This document shows, one piece after another, positions 18,688 to 29,542 of a stretch of 60,573 nucleotides of DNA. The notes below the pieces were generated by a model that saw only the letters and a list, made by a program, of their open reading frames with translations, did not search any database and was not told the origin of the DNA. The DNA is from Anaerolineae bacterium (GTDB lineage: Bacteria; Chloroflexota; Anaerolineae; B4-G1): NCBI GenBank assembly GCA_041687115.1, contig JAWLCP010000004.1, forward strand, positions 88-60,660, given 5' to 3'. Both the position numbers and the translations under genes were made by a program. The stretch's first letter is position 1. The number at the start of each line of letters is the position of its first letter.

Positions 18688-18852
18688 ATCGCCCATCTGC
18701 CCCGGAAGCGCTGACCGCTGCGAGCTAAGTCCCCAGGTCGTCCGGGATGGGTCGTGGAAAGCCGCTTCAGGGCCCTTCTGTCATTGGGAGCCGGGAGGGG
18801 CGGGAGAAGCAAGATCGGTTGCGTGAGACAGTGAATAGGGGAGGACCCGACG

Positions 18853-19683
18853 ATGGCGAGACAGAAGACTCCGTGGTTGTATCTTATTATGGCCTACGGG
18901 CTGGCCTGGCTCTTCTGGATCCCGGTGGCGCTTACCGGCCGGGACTATCAGGCCTCGCCTATTCTACTCCTGCTGACGTTGATAGGCGTCTTCGGACCCG
19001 GTCTGGCGGGCATCATCCTCACCTACGCCCGGGAGGATCGAGGAGGGCGACGCGACTTCTGGCGACGGACCTTCGATCTGCGCCGCACTCGTCCCCGCTG
19101 GTACGTGCTGATCGTCGTCCTCTGGCCAGCCGGGCACCTGGTGAGCACCGCCGTCAGTCGGTTGCTGGGGGCCTCGCTGCCGGACCCTCCGCTTCTGCGG
19201 GAGCTGGCCGCCCAACCGGTTACCATTCCGGTGGTCCTGGTCCTCTATCTCCTCCAGGCCGGGCTTGAGGAGCTGGGCTGGAGGGGCTACATGCTCGAGC
19301 GGGTCCAGCGTACCCGGGGGCCTGTAGAGAGCTCACTGATCGTGGGACTCTTCCACGCCTTCTGGCACCTCCCGATGTTCTGGGTCGTGGGGACGAACCA
19401 GATAGAGATTGGGTTCGGGCTCGATTTCCTGCTATTCATCGCCACCGCGGTCTCGTCGTCCTTCTACGCGACGTGGTGCTACAACGACAACGGCCGCAGC
19501 ACGCTGGCGGCCACGCTGCTGCACTGGACGGGCAACCTGTGCATCGATCTATGCACCGACGGGCCCGGTACGCTGGAGTACCGTGTCTACACGGTGGTGA
19601 TGGTACTGGGTGCCCTGGCGATCGGGGCGGTGTGGAGCGAACGGGCCGGGAAGGGCAAGCGAGCTCGGGTGGTGGGTGCCTAG
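18853..19683 (+). CDS. CPBP (CAAX/Abi) family intramembrane metalloprotease
   Basis: EELGWRGY, HAFWHLP and HWTGN motifs. Confidence 0.92.
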   Translation: MARQKTPWLYLIMAYGLAWLFWIPVALTGRDYQASPILLLLTLIGVFGPGLAGIILTYAREDRGGRRDFWRRTFDLRRTRPRWYVLIVVLWPAGHLVSTAVSRLLGASLPDPPLLRELAAQPVTIPVVLVLYLLQAGLEELGWRGYMLERVQRTRGPVESSLIVGLFHAFWHLPMFWVVGTNQIEIGFGLDFLLFIATAVSSSFYATWCYNDNGRSTLAATLLHWTGNLCIDLCTDGPGTLEYRVYTVVMVLGALAIGAVWSERAGKGKRARVVGA

Positions 19684-19820
19684 AGGAGCTCGAGCAGGTT
19701 CCAGTGGGAGAAGGATGGATGGATAGCGAGTAGAAGCGTCGATGGTCTACGACCCGGACACAGGCACCGTCACCCAGCAGTGGGTCATCTATACGCCGGC
19801 CGAATCACAGGGAGGGAATT

Positions 19821-20597
19821 GTGAGCGGAGAGACCAAGTTGAAGCCGATGCCCCTGTGGCTGTCAGCGCTGTTCTTCGGTGTGCCCACTACGATCGGCGT
19901 CGTCGCCTTGTACGTCGTGATGCCAGCCCTGGCTCACTCCGGACTCTCCCTTTTCTGGAACTACATGCTGACCGTGGTGGCGATGTTCCCCCTGCTGCTT
20001 GGTGCCGCGCTCGTTGGCTATCGCGTGGAGGGACGCGCCTTCTCTTGGGATGGTCTCCGTAGCCGTTTCCGCATCTTCCGGCTCGACCGGGAGGACTGGC
20101 CGTGGACGGCCGGCTTGCTGGTCGTCTATGTGGGAGGGCAGCTGCTGCTCATGCCGACGGCGAAGTGGCAGGCGTCGGTTCTGCCGATTCCACTTCCCGA
20201 GGGGCTTCCGCACGCCCTCGACCCTCGGGTGGCGAAGACGTCCATTCCTGCAGACTTCCTTGGCGTCCCGCTGCGAGGGAACTGGGGCATGGCGCTGGTG
20301 TACTTGCTGATCCTGAGCTTGAACGTCGTCGGGGAGGAACTCTGGTGGAGAGGCTACGTGCTCCCACGGCAGGAGCTTGTTCACGGCAGATGGACGTGGT
20401 TGGTGCACGGGATCCTGTGGACGCTGTTCCACGCCCCATTCTGGTGGAATTTGATCGCACTCCTGCCCTCGACGCTGTCTCTGTCATTCGTCTCGTCGCG
20501 CTTCGGTAAGACGACACCGGGCATCATTGTGCACTTCGTGAACAACGGGCTCGGATATGTCATGATCCTCCTTGGCATCCTGGGACTAGGATCCTGA
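19821..20597 (+). CDS. CPBP family intramembrane metalloprotease
   Basis: EELWWRGY, WTLFH and HFVNN motifs. Confidence 0.9.
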   Translation: MSGETKLKPMPLWLSALFFGVPTTIGVVALYVVMPALAHSGLSLFWNYMLTVVAMFPLLLGAALVGYRVEGRAFSWDGLRSRFRIFRLDREDWPWTAGLLVVYVGGQLLLMPTAKWQASVLPIPLPEGLPHALDPRVAKTSIPADFLGVPLRGNWGMALVYLLILSLNVVGEELWWRGYVLPRQELVHGRWTWLVHGILWTLFHAPFWWNLIALLPSTLSLSFVSSRFGKTTPGIIVHFVNNGLGYVMILLGILGLGS

Positions 20598-20750
20598 CCA
20601 AGAGTATGTCCCAGGCAGCATCCGATTCGCCGATCCTTCGGCAGCCGGCGGAGACCCAGGGCCGGTGCCACCCGAACCAGGCGTACAGGCGGTGAGATAC
20701 TGGAGAGCGAGTCAATAGACGGTCGCGGCGCAAAGGGAAGAGTGTCCAGC

Positions 20751-20778
20751 TTGCCCCGTAGGCAGTCGGCGATACAAT
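20751..20778 (+). promoter_or_regulatory. sigma70-like promoter
   Basis: TTGCCC-N16-TACAAT upstream of yjbQ. Confidence 0.45.
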
Positions 20779-20850
20779 GGTGGTCAGAGCCGACCCCACT
20801 CCCGTTCACTCGGGCAAATCGCCTCAACACTTGGTTCGCAAGGAGGGTTC

Positions 20851-21270
<420 letters not shown>

Positions 21271-21375
21271 CAGGGCGCGGAGTTATCTTGCGCGCGCTCG
21301 CTTGAGGCTCTGCTAGGCTAGGGCGGGGCACGTTCCTGTTGGGATTGGCGGGCTTATGGTTCTAGGAGCGCTACT

Positions 21376-21693
21376 ATGAGGGACACATCGTTCCGGAGCA
21401 CTGCTCTGACACGAGTCCTTAGCACATATGCCATCGTGATGTTCGCGATGATGTGGGTCGCGTTCGCTATTGCACTAGTTGTGAACCCTGAGCGGCTGGA
21501 CGTGCTGTGGAATTGGGTGCGGGCGCTGCCCTCGGTGGCCGAGATCATTGTCTGGGTGTTGTTTCTCCCTGGTATGGTGGGGCTCTGGATCTGGGAATCC
21601 TCTTGGTCAGCTCTCGTACGCCTGTTGGCATCTGCGGGAATCGTCGCCTGGACCGTCGTTGCTGTGTCCAGCTTCCTGCGAGCCGTGAGGTAG
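21376..21693 (+). CDS. Small hypothetical membrane protein
   Basis: 3 TM, Trp-rich; AGGAG RBS. Confidence 0.75.
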   Translation: MRDTSFRSTALTRVLSTYAIVMFAMMWVAFAIALVVNPERLDVLWNWVRALPSVAEIIVWVLFLPGMVGLWIWESSWSALVRLLASAGIVAWTVVAVSSFLRAVR

Positions 21694-21787
21694 GCTTGCC
21701 TACGCGGGCCAGGGGTCACACCAGGTGAAGCGTCCTTCGCACCAAGTTCTGGAACAGGAAGATTCCGCGTGACTGTTCACGCGACGT

Positions 21788-21844
21788 GACGAACTCGGCG
21801 GCGTCGAGCGCAAGCGCGTGCTGGTCACAATCACCGGGGAGTGA
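21788..21844 (+). pseudogene. yjbQ 3'-end remnant
   Basis: DELGGVERKRVLVTITGE* versus [18 protein letters not shown] of yjbQ. Confidence 0.65.
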
Positions 21845-21900
21845 GCCTCGAATGCGTTCCGAGGCACGGGGGGGACCCGCGGGGTGATCGGAGGTGTGCT

Positions 21901-22860
21901 ATGAGATCATTTCTGCTGCGCGAGTGGCAGGCGTTTCTGCGGTATGAGGAACTTCCCGGGGGCGCACCACCGATCCTCTATCTCAGCGGCCTGGGTATGC
22001 CGTCGCACGCGGTGCTTGCCGCCGTCGTGGCTCAACACGCGGTGCTGGCCGCGCGCCGCTCCGTATTCATCGACCTTCTGGGTTGCGGCTTCAGCGATGC
22101 GCCCGACGATTTCGACTACACGCTGGAGCAGCACACGCGTACGGTGGCGATGCTGCTGGACCATCTGGGCGTAGCAGGCTGCGACGTCGCGGGGTACAGC
22201 ATGGGGGGAGCGGTGGCCATCACGCTGGCGGCAACCCGTCCTGATCTCGTGTCGCGTCTGGCCCTCTTGGAGGCGAACCTCGACCCTCTCGGTCCCGGCG
22301 AAGGGGCCATCAGCACGGGGATTGCCTGTCAGACCGAGGAAGCGTTCTGTGCCGAAGGGTTCGACGACTTGCTCGCCTTCTGTCGCCGAGGCGGGCTGGA
22401 GGGAGACGACACGGCAGCAGCTTTCGCCGGCGCGATCCAGGTGGCCGCGCCGCACGCCCTCCACCGCAGCGCCGTCCACCTGGTCCGAGCGACCAGGCCG
22501 ACCATGCGGGAACGGCTGTTGGAGATGGATATGCCGCGGGCCTACATCTTCGGAGAGAAGTCACTGCCCGATCCTGACTATGATGCGCTGGCTCGCGAGG
22601 GTATCCCGGTCTTGATCGTGTCCGAGGCCGCGCACGGCATGCTCTTCGACAATCCAGCCGGCGTGGCCGAGGCCCTGGCTCTATCCTTTGGGATATCACG
22701 GCGAGATGGGCGTGTCTGGCGCCCTGTGCGGCCTCCTGCCGAGAGCCCCATTGCTTCGAGATTGGCTCCTTCCGGACATCTTCACCCTCTCCTGGCTCAC
22801 GCTGCTCTCATCGATCGTAGGCACCCGCCAGATACAACATTTGTCGTACGCGACCTATGA
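21901..22860 (+). CDS. Alpha/beta hydrolase, copy 1 (aberrant C-terminal extension)
   Basis: GYSMGG nucleophile elbow; near-identical to 33046-33818. After AEAL it reads on into non-homologous DNA and into module copy 2. Confidence 0.85.
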   Translation: MRSFLLREWQAFLRYEELPGGAPPILYLSGLGMPSHAVLAAVVAQHAVLAARRSVFIDLLGCGFSDAPDDFDYTLEQHTRTVAMLLDHLGVAGCDVAGYSMGGAVAITLAATRPDLVSRLALLEANLDPLGPGEGAISTGIACQTEEAFCAEGFDDLLAFCRRGGLEGDDTAAAFAGAIQVAAPHALHRSAVHLVRATRPTMRERLLEMDMPRAYIFGEKSLPDPDYDALAREGIPVLIVSEAAHGMLFDNPAGVAEALALSFGISRRDGRVWRPVRPPAESPIASRLAPSGHLHPLLAHAALIDRRHPPDTTFVVRDL

Positions 22861-22955
22861 GCTCTGTGGAGAGGAACCGGCTCCGAGACGGTCCTTTCTT
22901 CGTAGGCTAATTCCGCCTTTCCTTTGATGACTGCGCCGGTGTCTCGTTGTACACT
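22833..22955 (+). promoter_or_regulatory. 123-bp repeated regulatory module, copy 2
   Basis: TACAACATTTGTCGTA...AGACGGTCCTTTCTTCGTA...ATGACT-N17-TACACT; aligns to copy 1 without gaps. Confidence 0.85.
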
Positions 22956-23187
22956 GAGCAACAGCGGCCCCTGGACATCAGCGTGGCCCTTCTGCCGTCT
23001 CTTGGGGCAGGCTACTTCGCGTCGGCTAGGGCAGGGATCGCCGGTGCGATCGAGAGTGGGCTGGGCCCTTCACTGCGGCAGGGACGACGGTGGCGACTGC
23101 TTCCGCGACTGAGAAAGACCGAGACCCGTCATGCAGCGGCCGATGCTGGTCACCCGGACCCAGTGGATTCAAAGGAGGAGAGAGACA

Positions 23188-24237
23188 GTGAAGCCTTTGC
23201 ACAGAGAGATCATCGTGTTTGTGGGTGTCCTGCTGCTGGTGCTGGCGATCCTCTGGGAGGTTGTCGGCTACGAGCCAGACAAATCGTGCACCATCTTCAC
23301 TGCGGTCCAGGGCGACACGGTCCTGTATGGCAACAGCGAGGATCAGCACAACCCGAATCCCGTGTTAGGATTCTATCCCGCCTCAGCCGCGGGCTTCGGA
23401 TCCGTGCACTTCGGCGTCCGGTCCTCTGACGGTCAGGTCAACTTCGAAGGCGCCGTGAACGACCAGGGATTGGCCTGGGACGTCAACAGCACACCCAGAT
23501 TCAAGTTGACTCCGCACCGGGAGAAACCGTACTGGCTCGGGGCGGAGAACTACCTGACAACCATCACGAAGAAGGCCGCATCCGTTGAGGAGGCCATCCG
23601 GATGGCAGGCGAATTCGACTTCGGGGGTGCGATGGAAGGCCAGATCCACATCGCCGACGCTTCCGGCGATGCGGTGGTGATCAGCGCCGGGTCCGACCGA
23701 GGGATCGCCTTCACGCGCAAGCCAACCGGAGAGGGATATCTCCTCTCCACCAACTTCAACCTGGCTCAGCCGGAGAGAGGACCGGTGGACTGGCGTTGGG
23801 ACGCAGCCCGCACAAGACTGGACGCGCTCCGCTCAGAAAAGCCTCTGACGCCAGCCTACGCGAGGAGCATCCTGGAGGCGGTCCATCTGAAGACCCTTAC
23901 CAGCTACACCCTGTACAGCAACGTGATCGACCTGAAGAACCGCACGGTGTACCTGCATTACATGTCTCAGTTCGTTGAGGTGGCCGAGATCGATATGCTG
24001 GAAGAGCTGGCCCAGGGGCAGCGGGTCGTTGAGATGCGGGAGTTCTTCAGCCCTTCTACGGCCGCGGCTGGAGACGCAGCCTACCAGCGATTCGCCACCA
24101 GATTCAGGCTGGCCAAGGTCGGCGTCGTAGCAGCTGGCTCGATGCTGGTCGTTGGGCTCACCACCCTGGTGGTCAGGAGACTCTGGAACCGGCGTGAGAA
24201 GGGTAAGTCGCCGCTCTGGGTGTCGGGGGTTTCCTGA
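23188..24237 (+). CDS. Membrane-anchored Ntn-hydrolase (C45/choloylglycine hydrolase-like)
   Basis: Hydrophobic N-terminus then 'SCTIF...YGNSED', 'GAVNDQGL', 'STNF', and a C-terminal [11 protein letters not shown] precedes GTG 23188. Confidence 0.75.
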   Translation: MKPLHREIIVFVGVLLLVLAILWEVVGYEPDKSCTIFTAVQGDTVLYGNSEDQHNPNPVLGFYPASAAGFGSVHFGVRSSDGQVNFEGAVNDQGLAWDVNSTPRFKLTPHREKPYWLGAENYLTTITKKAASVEEAIRMAGEFDFGGAMEGQIHIADASGDAVVISAGSDRGIAFTRKPTGEGYLLSTNFNLAQPERGPVDWRWDAARTRLDALRSEKPLTPAYARSILEAVHLKTLTSYTLYSNVIDLKNRTVYLHYMSQFVEVAEIDMLEELAQGQRVVEMREFFSPSTAAAGDAAYQRFATRFRLAKVGVVAAGSMLVVGLTTLVVRRLWNRREKGKSPLWVSGVS

Positions 24238-24295
24238 GCAAGGCCCCATGATCGGCGTCGGAATCCGTGTGTGAGACAATGGAGGTTTGGGCACC

Positions 24296-25068
24296 ATGAA
24301 TCGAAGGATGTTCCTCAAGGCGTCGGCCTCACGGCTGGTGCGCTGGCTCTTGGCGGGGCGGCCGTCTACGCCGCAACCAGAGACTCTGACGTGCTCGATG
24401 ATCACTTCGAAGGTACCGAGAAGGTCTTGGTGACCCGCTTTGGCCTGGGCAAGGCCGGCGGACTCCTGGAGGAGGTGCGCCAGGAGTATGAAGCCCTCAG
24501 GCCCGAGATGCCCTACATCGGCGGAGAAGAGAATATGTTCACCGAATGGCTCACCTATGGCGTGTACTACCTGGCCGTGTATCGGGTCCTTACGGCGGAG
24601 GGACAGCGCGTCGAAGAAGTGGGCAAGGTTATCTTCGATGCGTTCCAGGCCATGGCGGATTACCCGCAGTGGTTGCTTCGTCTCGTTGGGAGCCTGAGAT
24701 ACAACGATCGGTACGTGAATGGGCTCAAGGAGGCGACAGCCCGAACGCAGGAGCGTCGCTATCCCGGCGACTGGGTCGCCACGTTCCTCGAAGGCGACGG
24801 GGAAGCGTTCGACTATGGGATAGACATCACGGAGTGCGGGATCTGCAAGTTCTATCGCGCCCAGGCCGCCGAGGAGCTGGCTCCGTATCTGTGCTTGAGC
24901 GACTACGTCGTGAGCGAGGCCTTTGAGAGAGGCCCAGTGCGATACCGAACGTTGGCCGAAGGGGCGGACGTATGTGACTTCCGCTATGGGAAAGGGCGAG
25001 AGACGTTTGTGAACCCCCTACGGGACGGCTGGCCGCCCACGTTCCTCACCGGGAAGGAGGGACTCTAG
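24296..25068 (+). pseudogene. L-2-amino-thiazoline-4-carboxylate hydrolase-like protein with a frameshifted Tat signal
   Basis: Body has 'ITECGICKF...CLSD...TLAEGADVCDFR'. MNRRMFLK at 24296 (GGAGG RBS) is one base out of frame with GVGLTAGALAL. Confidence 0.75.
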
Positions 25069-26618
25069 TGAAGAAGGTGGTCTATGCGATCGCAGGGCTG
25101 GTGGCGGTGGCGCTGATCGCTTGGGTCGGACTGGGCGCCCTGGGTAGCAACAGGAGCCCCTTTGTCGGCCCGACGTCCGTCGAAGACCCTCTGCCCTCGG
25201 CCCTGGTCTCGGACCTGGAGAGATACGTTGAGAAGGCGATGAGCCAGAATGGAGTCCCGGGTGTCTCGATGGTCCTCGTGCACGGCGACCAGGTCGTCTA
25301 TACTCGCGGTATCGGCGTGAGGGATCTTCGGACACGGGATCCGGTTACCACCGAAACGCTCTTCGGGATCGGGTCTACCACCAAGTCGATGACGGCGGTC
25401 ATGATGGCATCCCTCGTAGACGACCGTCTGATCGACTGGGACACACCGGTCACGGAGGTCATGCCAGGGTTCGCCCTATCGGACCCGGCGACCTCAGAAG
25501 CAGTCTCGTTTGAGCATACGCTGTGCATGTGTACCGGCGTTCCCCGGCGGATGGAGGAGATCTCCGTCCGCTACAGCGACATGTCCGCCGAAGATGTGAT
25601 CGACTCCCTGGCAACGATTCCGCTGTCTGACGCTTTCCAGCATCGCTTCAACTACTCCAGCCGGATGCTCGCTGCAGGAGGCTATGTGGCCGCGATGGCC
25701 GCGGGGAGCGAGTATGGCGAACTGGCCGAGGGCTACATCAACCTGATGCAGGAACGACTGCTGGACCCGCTCAGCATGACCGCGTCGACTTTCTCCATTC
25801 CGGAGGCTGTCTCCAGCGGAGACTGCGCAACCCCATACTACTCCGCGCTCTCCGGATGCGAGGCAGTCCCGCCTGACATCGAGGGCATGTTCACACCGAT
25901 TGCGCCGGCCGGGGCGATGTGGTCGAACGCTGATGATATGGCGAAGTACCTGATCATGCTGCTCAACCGCGGAGTGAGCGCCGATGGGGAGCGGGTGGTC
26001 TCTGCCGAGAACTTGGCTTACGTTTGGGAACCATGGGTGGACATAGATCCTCAGATCAGCTACGGCCTGGGCTGGCACGTCGAGGATTACCATGGGTTGA
26101 CCGTCATCCACCACCCCGGCGGCACGGTTGGCTTCGCCTCTGAGCTGGTGATCATCCCGGAGCGCAACGTCGGCTTCGCCCTCCTGACGAACCGACTGGA
26201 TCAGATCAAGCCCCTTGGCAGGATGGCCACGTACCGCCTGCTGGAGATGTTGACCGGCAGTGAGCAAGTCTACGATCGGGAAACCCGCCAGGCAGCCCGG
26301 GACATCCGCCGGCAGGTGCTCTTGCTGTCCGTTCTGACCAAGAAGAGGGTGAATCCGGACAACGTCGCGCCGTACCTGGGTGTATACCACAACGACGTGC
26401 TGGGTGAGGTCGAGCTTGTCCTCCACGAGGACAACACGCTGTGGGTCGACTTCGGCGAATACGAGTCGAGCATACGTCCTCTGCGTCTTGAGGAGAACCA
26501 GTTCATCTTCCTCGAGAGTGTCTTCATCGGGAAGACACTTGCGCTGACCATGGACTCCACCGGCGAGGTCACGATGAGGTGGCCAGGTGATGAAGATGTC
26601 TACACGTTCACCGGGTGA
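25068..26618 (+). CDS. Serine hydrolase, beta-lactamase class C/S12 family
   Basis: FGIGSTTKS (SxxK), FNYSS, YGLGW, HPGG; N-terminal anchor. Confidence 0.9.
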   Translation: MKKVVYAIAGLVAVALIAWVGLGALGSNRSPFVGPTSVEDPLPSALVSDLERYVEKAMSQNGVPGVSMVLVHGDQVVYTRGIGVRDLRTRDPVTTETLFGIGSTTKSMTAVMMASLVDDRLIDWDTPVTEVMPGFALSDPATSEAVSFEHTLCMCTGVPRRMEEISVRYSDMSAEDVIDSLATIPLSDAFQHRFNYSSRMLAAGGYVAAMAAGSEYGELAEGYINLMQERLLDPLSMTASTFSIPEAVSSGDCATPYYSALSGCEAVPPDIEGMFTPIAPAGAMWSNADDMAKYLIMLLNRGVSADGERVVSAENLAYVWEPWVDIDPQISYGLGWHVEDYHGLTVIHHPGGTVGFASELVIIPERNVGFALLTNRLDQIKPLGRMATYRLLEMLTGSEQVYDRETRQAARDIRRQVLLLSVLTKKRVNPDNVAPYLGVYHNDVLGEVELVLHEDNTLWVDFGEYESSIRPLRLEENQFIFLESVFIGKTLALTMDSTGEVTMRWPGDEDVYTFTG

Positions 26619-26708
26619 GTACCATAGACAGGATCGATGAACATCCGTCCGTCCCATCCATCTGTTCGCAGGCGAACTCATTGCTGCGAGTGCCGAGTTC
26701 GAGGACTT

Positions 26709-26816
26709 TCCGGCGCGACGGAGACGGCGAGATCTACCTGATGGATGCCGACGGCGGCAACCGGCAGCAACTGACTGACAACTCAGTTGAAGATGAGTTC
26801 CCGGCGTGGCGGCCCG
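26709..26816 (+). pseudogene. Single TolB-like (PD40) repeat remnant
   Basis: RDGDGEIYLMDADGGNRQQLTDNSVEDEFPAWRP with no rest of the propeller. Confidence 0.65.
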
Positions 26817-26887
26817 CAATGCGAGAGGAGACGGATGCGCCAGGCCCCTCTGTGATTCCAGTCCCGGGATGCGAGTGAGATCTTGAG

Positions 26888-28180
26888 ATGCCTAGAAGCC
26901 CTGTCGGAATGAGCGCTTTTGTCCTCCGCGTGGCTCTGTGTCTTGCGGTGGCGAGCGGGTGCGCGGCGCCCCAGCTCACTGCTACGCTCACACCGTCGAT
27001 CGCATCGACGACGGTGGTCACTGCCGCCTCCTCCCCAGCGGACGGCGGCGCGGATGTCGATTCCGGCGGAACCCCTGAATCCGGCAGCGGTGGAGGCGGT
27101 GCACCGACCACCGCGCAGCAGACCGGCTCCCTGGTGCTTCTCGGAACCGTGGTCGACGGGACCGGCTCTGAACCGCTGCCAGACGCGGCCCTGGTGATCC
27201 AGGGGCAGCGTATCGTCGCCGTGGGGCCGCGGGCTGAGGTTGAGATTCCCCTCGGCGCCCAGGTCATCGACCTGCCCGGCGCCACCATCCTGCCGGGCCT
27301 GATCAACGCCCACGTCCACAACGCCTACAACGTCTCTAACCTGGAAACCTGGGCTGCAGCTGGGGTGACCACGGTGCGCGATCTCGGTGCGCCCGGCGGA
27401 GGCAACTACCTGGCGAGGCGCGCCCGGCTGACCGATGATCCCCGGCACGCTCGTCTCGTCGCCGGCGGCCCGCTGGTGACCGTCCCCGATGGTTATCCCA
27501 TCGCCGGCAACGGCTTTCCGTCTCTGACTGTGGCCTCGCCTGAGGACGCCCAGGAGAAGATAAACCAGCTCATCGACGACGGTGCCGATGTCATCAAGAT
27601 CACCCTCACGTCGGGGGCGGCGCCGAGCCTGTCGGCGGAGGAGGCGTCCGCCATCGTGGAGACCGCCCACGCGCGGGGTATCCCGGTCACGGCCCACGCG
27701 ACGACGGCCAAGGATCTGAAGCGCGCCCTGGATGCCGGCGTGGACGATGTGGCCCACATAGCGACGGACCGCGTGTCCGGCAGGCTCATCCGGCGCATGG
27801 TCGCAGCCGACGTCTCCTGGGTGCCGACGCTGGCCATCCTGGAGGGCAGAGGGGTGGGCAACCTGCGCCGCTTCCTGAAGGCCGGTAGGCGGGTGGCGCT
27901 GGGCACCGACGCAGGTTATCTGGACGGCGTCGAGATCGGCCCGCCGGTCAACGAACTCGAGGCGCTGGAGCTGGCCGGCATGACGCCTATGCAGATCATC
28001 GTGGCCGCCACGCGGAACGCGGCCCTCGTATGCCGCCTCGAGGACGAGCTGGGTACCCTGGAGGTGGGTAAAATCGCCGACGTGCTGATGGTGAAGGGTG
28101 ACCCGCTCGAGGATCTGGATGCCTTGAAGGACGTGTCCCTGGTGGTGCATCAGGGTGTGGTCATTCGACAAGAAGAGTAG
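26888..28180 (+). CDS. Amidohydrolase family lipoprotein
   Basis: Lipobox-like VASGC, PGLINAHVH, ADVIKI, AHA, LGTDAG, GKIAD. Confidence 0.88.
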   Translation: MPRSPVGMSAFVLRVALCLAVASGCAAPQLTATLTPSIASTTVVTAASSPADGGADVDSGGTPESGSGGGGAPTTAQQTGSLVLLGTVVDGTGSEPLPDAALVIQGQRIVAVGPRAEVEIPLGAQVIDLPGATILPGLINAHVHNAYNVSNLETWAAAGVTTVRDLGAPGGGNYLARRARLTDDPRHARLVAGGPLVTVPDGYPIAGNGFPSLTVASPEDAQEKINQLIDDGADVIKITLTSGAAPSLSAEEASAIVETAHARGIPVTAHATTAKDLKRALDAGVDDVAHIATDRVSGRLIRRMVAADVSWVPTLAILEGRGVGNLRRFLKAGRRVALGTDAGYLDGVEIGPPVNELEALELAGMTPMQIIVAATRNAALVCRLEDELGTLEVGKIADVLMVKGDPLEDLDALKDVSLVVHQGVVIRQEE

Positions 28181-28299
28181 CCCAGGGGATAGGACTTGCG
28201 CAGCAATTCTGCATCATCGCCGTTGGCGGGATGCGGCGAGGTGACTCTCCGGGAGCCGTTGAGTTGCCGCTTGGTCGGGCACCTGGTGGAGAAGGACAG

Positions 28300-29309
28300 A
28301 TGACCACCGATGAGCGGGCCATCACGGTGCCCGGGGCACCGTCCATCTCCGGGCTGGCGTTTCGCCGTTTCCGTGGTGAGCCCGACTATCCGATTATGGT
28401 GGCCATCCTGAACGCCTGCGACGCCGCGGACGGGCTGGACCATGTCAGCACCATGGACGAGATCGCCCACGCGTTCGCCCACCTGAGGAACTGCGATTCA
28501 CGGCGGGACATGCTACTCGCCGAGATCGACGGGGAGACCGTCGCCTTCAGCCGCGTATCCTGGTCGCAGCAGGGCACGGGTGAACGTCTGTACAAGTGCT
28601 ATGGCTTCGTGCACCCCGACTAGCGGCGCCGGGGGCTCGGCACCGCGATGCTGCGCTACAATGAGCATCTCCTACGGAACATCGCTCGCGGGCATCCCGC
28701 GGAAATCCCTACGTTCCTCCGAGTCTGGGCAGCCGACACGGAGGTCGGTGCCCTGGCCCTGTACGCCAGCGTCGGCTACAGGGCCGTGCGGTACATCATT
28801 GAGATGATCCGCCCCATCAGCGCGCCCGTGCCGAACGCGCCGCTGCCGGTGGGTCTGGAGGTGCGGCCGGTCAAGCCGGGCCATATTCGCGCCATCTGGG
28901 AGGCCAGGTGCGAGGCGGGCCGCGACCACTGGGGCTACGTGGAGCCCAGCGACGATGACTACGAGCGCTGGGCTTCGGACCCGCTCTTCGCCCCGGAGCT
29001 GTGGAAGGTGGCCTGGGAAGGCGACCAGGTGGCGCGGGCATGGTGCTCAATTGGGTCGACGGGGAGGAAAACGACACATTCCAGCGCCAGCGTGGCTACA
29101 CGGAAGGCATCCTGGTGCGGCGATTCTGGCGGCGGCGCGGCCTGGCTCGCTGCCTTCTGGTGCGGAGCATCGAGATGTTCCGGCAGACGGGTATGGAGGA
29201 GACCACCCTGCGTGTGGACACGCAGAACCCTTATGGCGCCCTGCGGCTCTACGAAAGCATGGGCTACCGGGAGGTCCGCCGGCACGCTTTCTTCAACAAG
29301 GAAATGTAG
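28300..29309 (+). pseudogene. Tandem GNAT acetyltransferase, disrupted
   Basis: VHPD*RRRGLG (TAG at 28621) plus a CG duplication at 29035-36; second motif A 'WRRRGLA' and 'ALRLYESMGY'. Confidence 0.85.
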
Positions 29310-29542
29310 CCGCCGGGCAGTCCGTGACGGTGGTCGCTGTGGTGACGTAGCAGGATAGATCGTTTCTCATCAGAGAGTGTGCAGCGGTTGCCTTTCTCGG
29401 ACGGGCACTGGACGACAGCCTGATCGAAGTGCAGGGCGGGGCGGTGCGTCGACGGAGACGCGAAGTTGGCGCTCACCATCAATCTACGCTATGATCGTGC
29501 GGGAGAAACGACCAACACAGAGACGGATCCAGGGAGGCTAAC

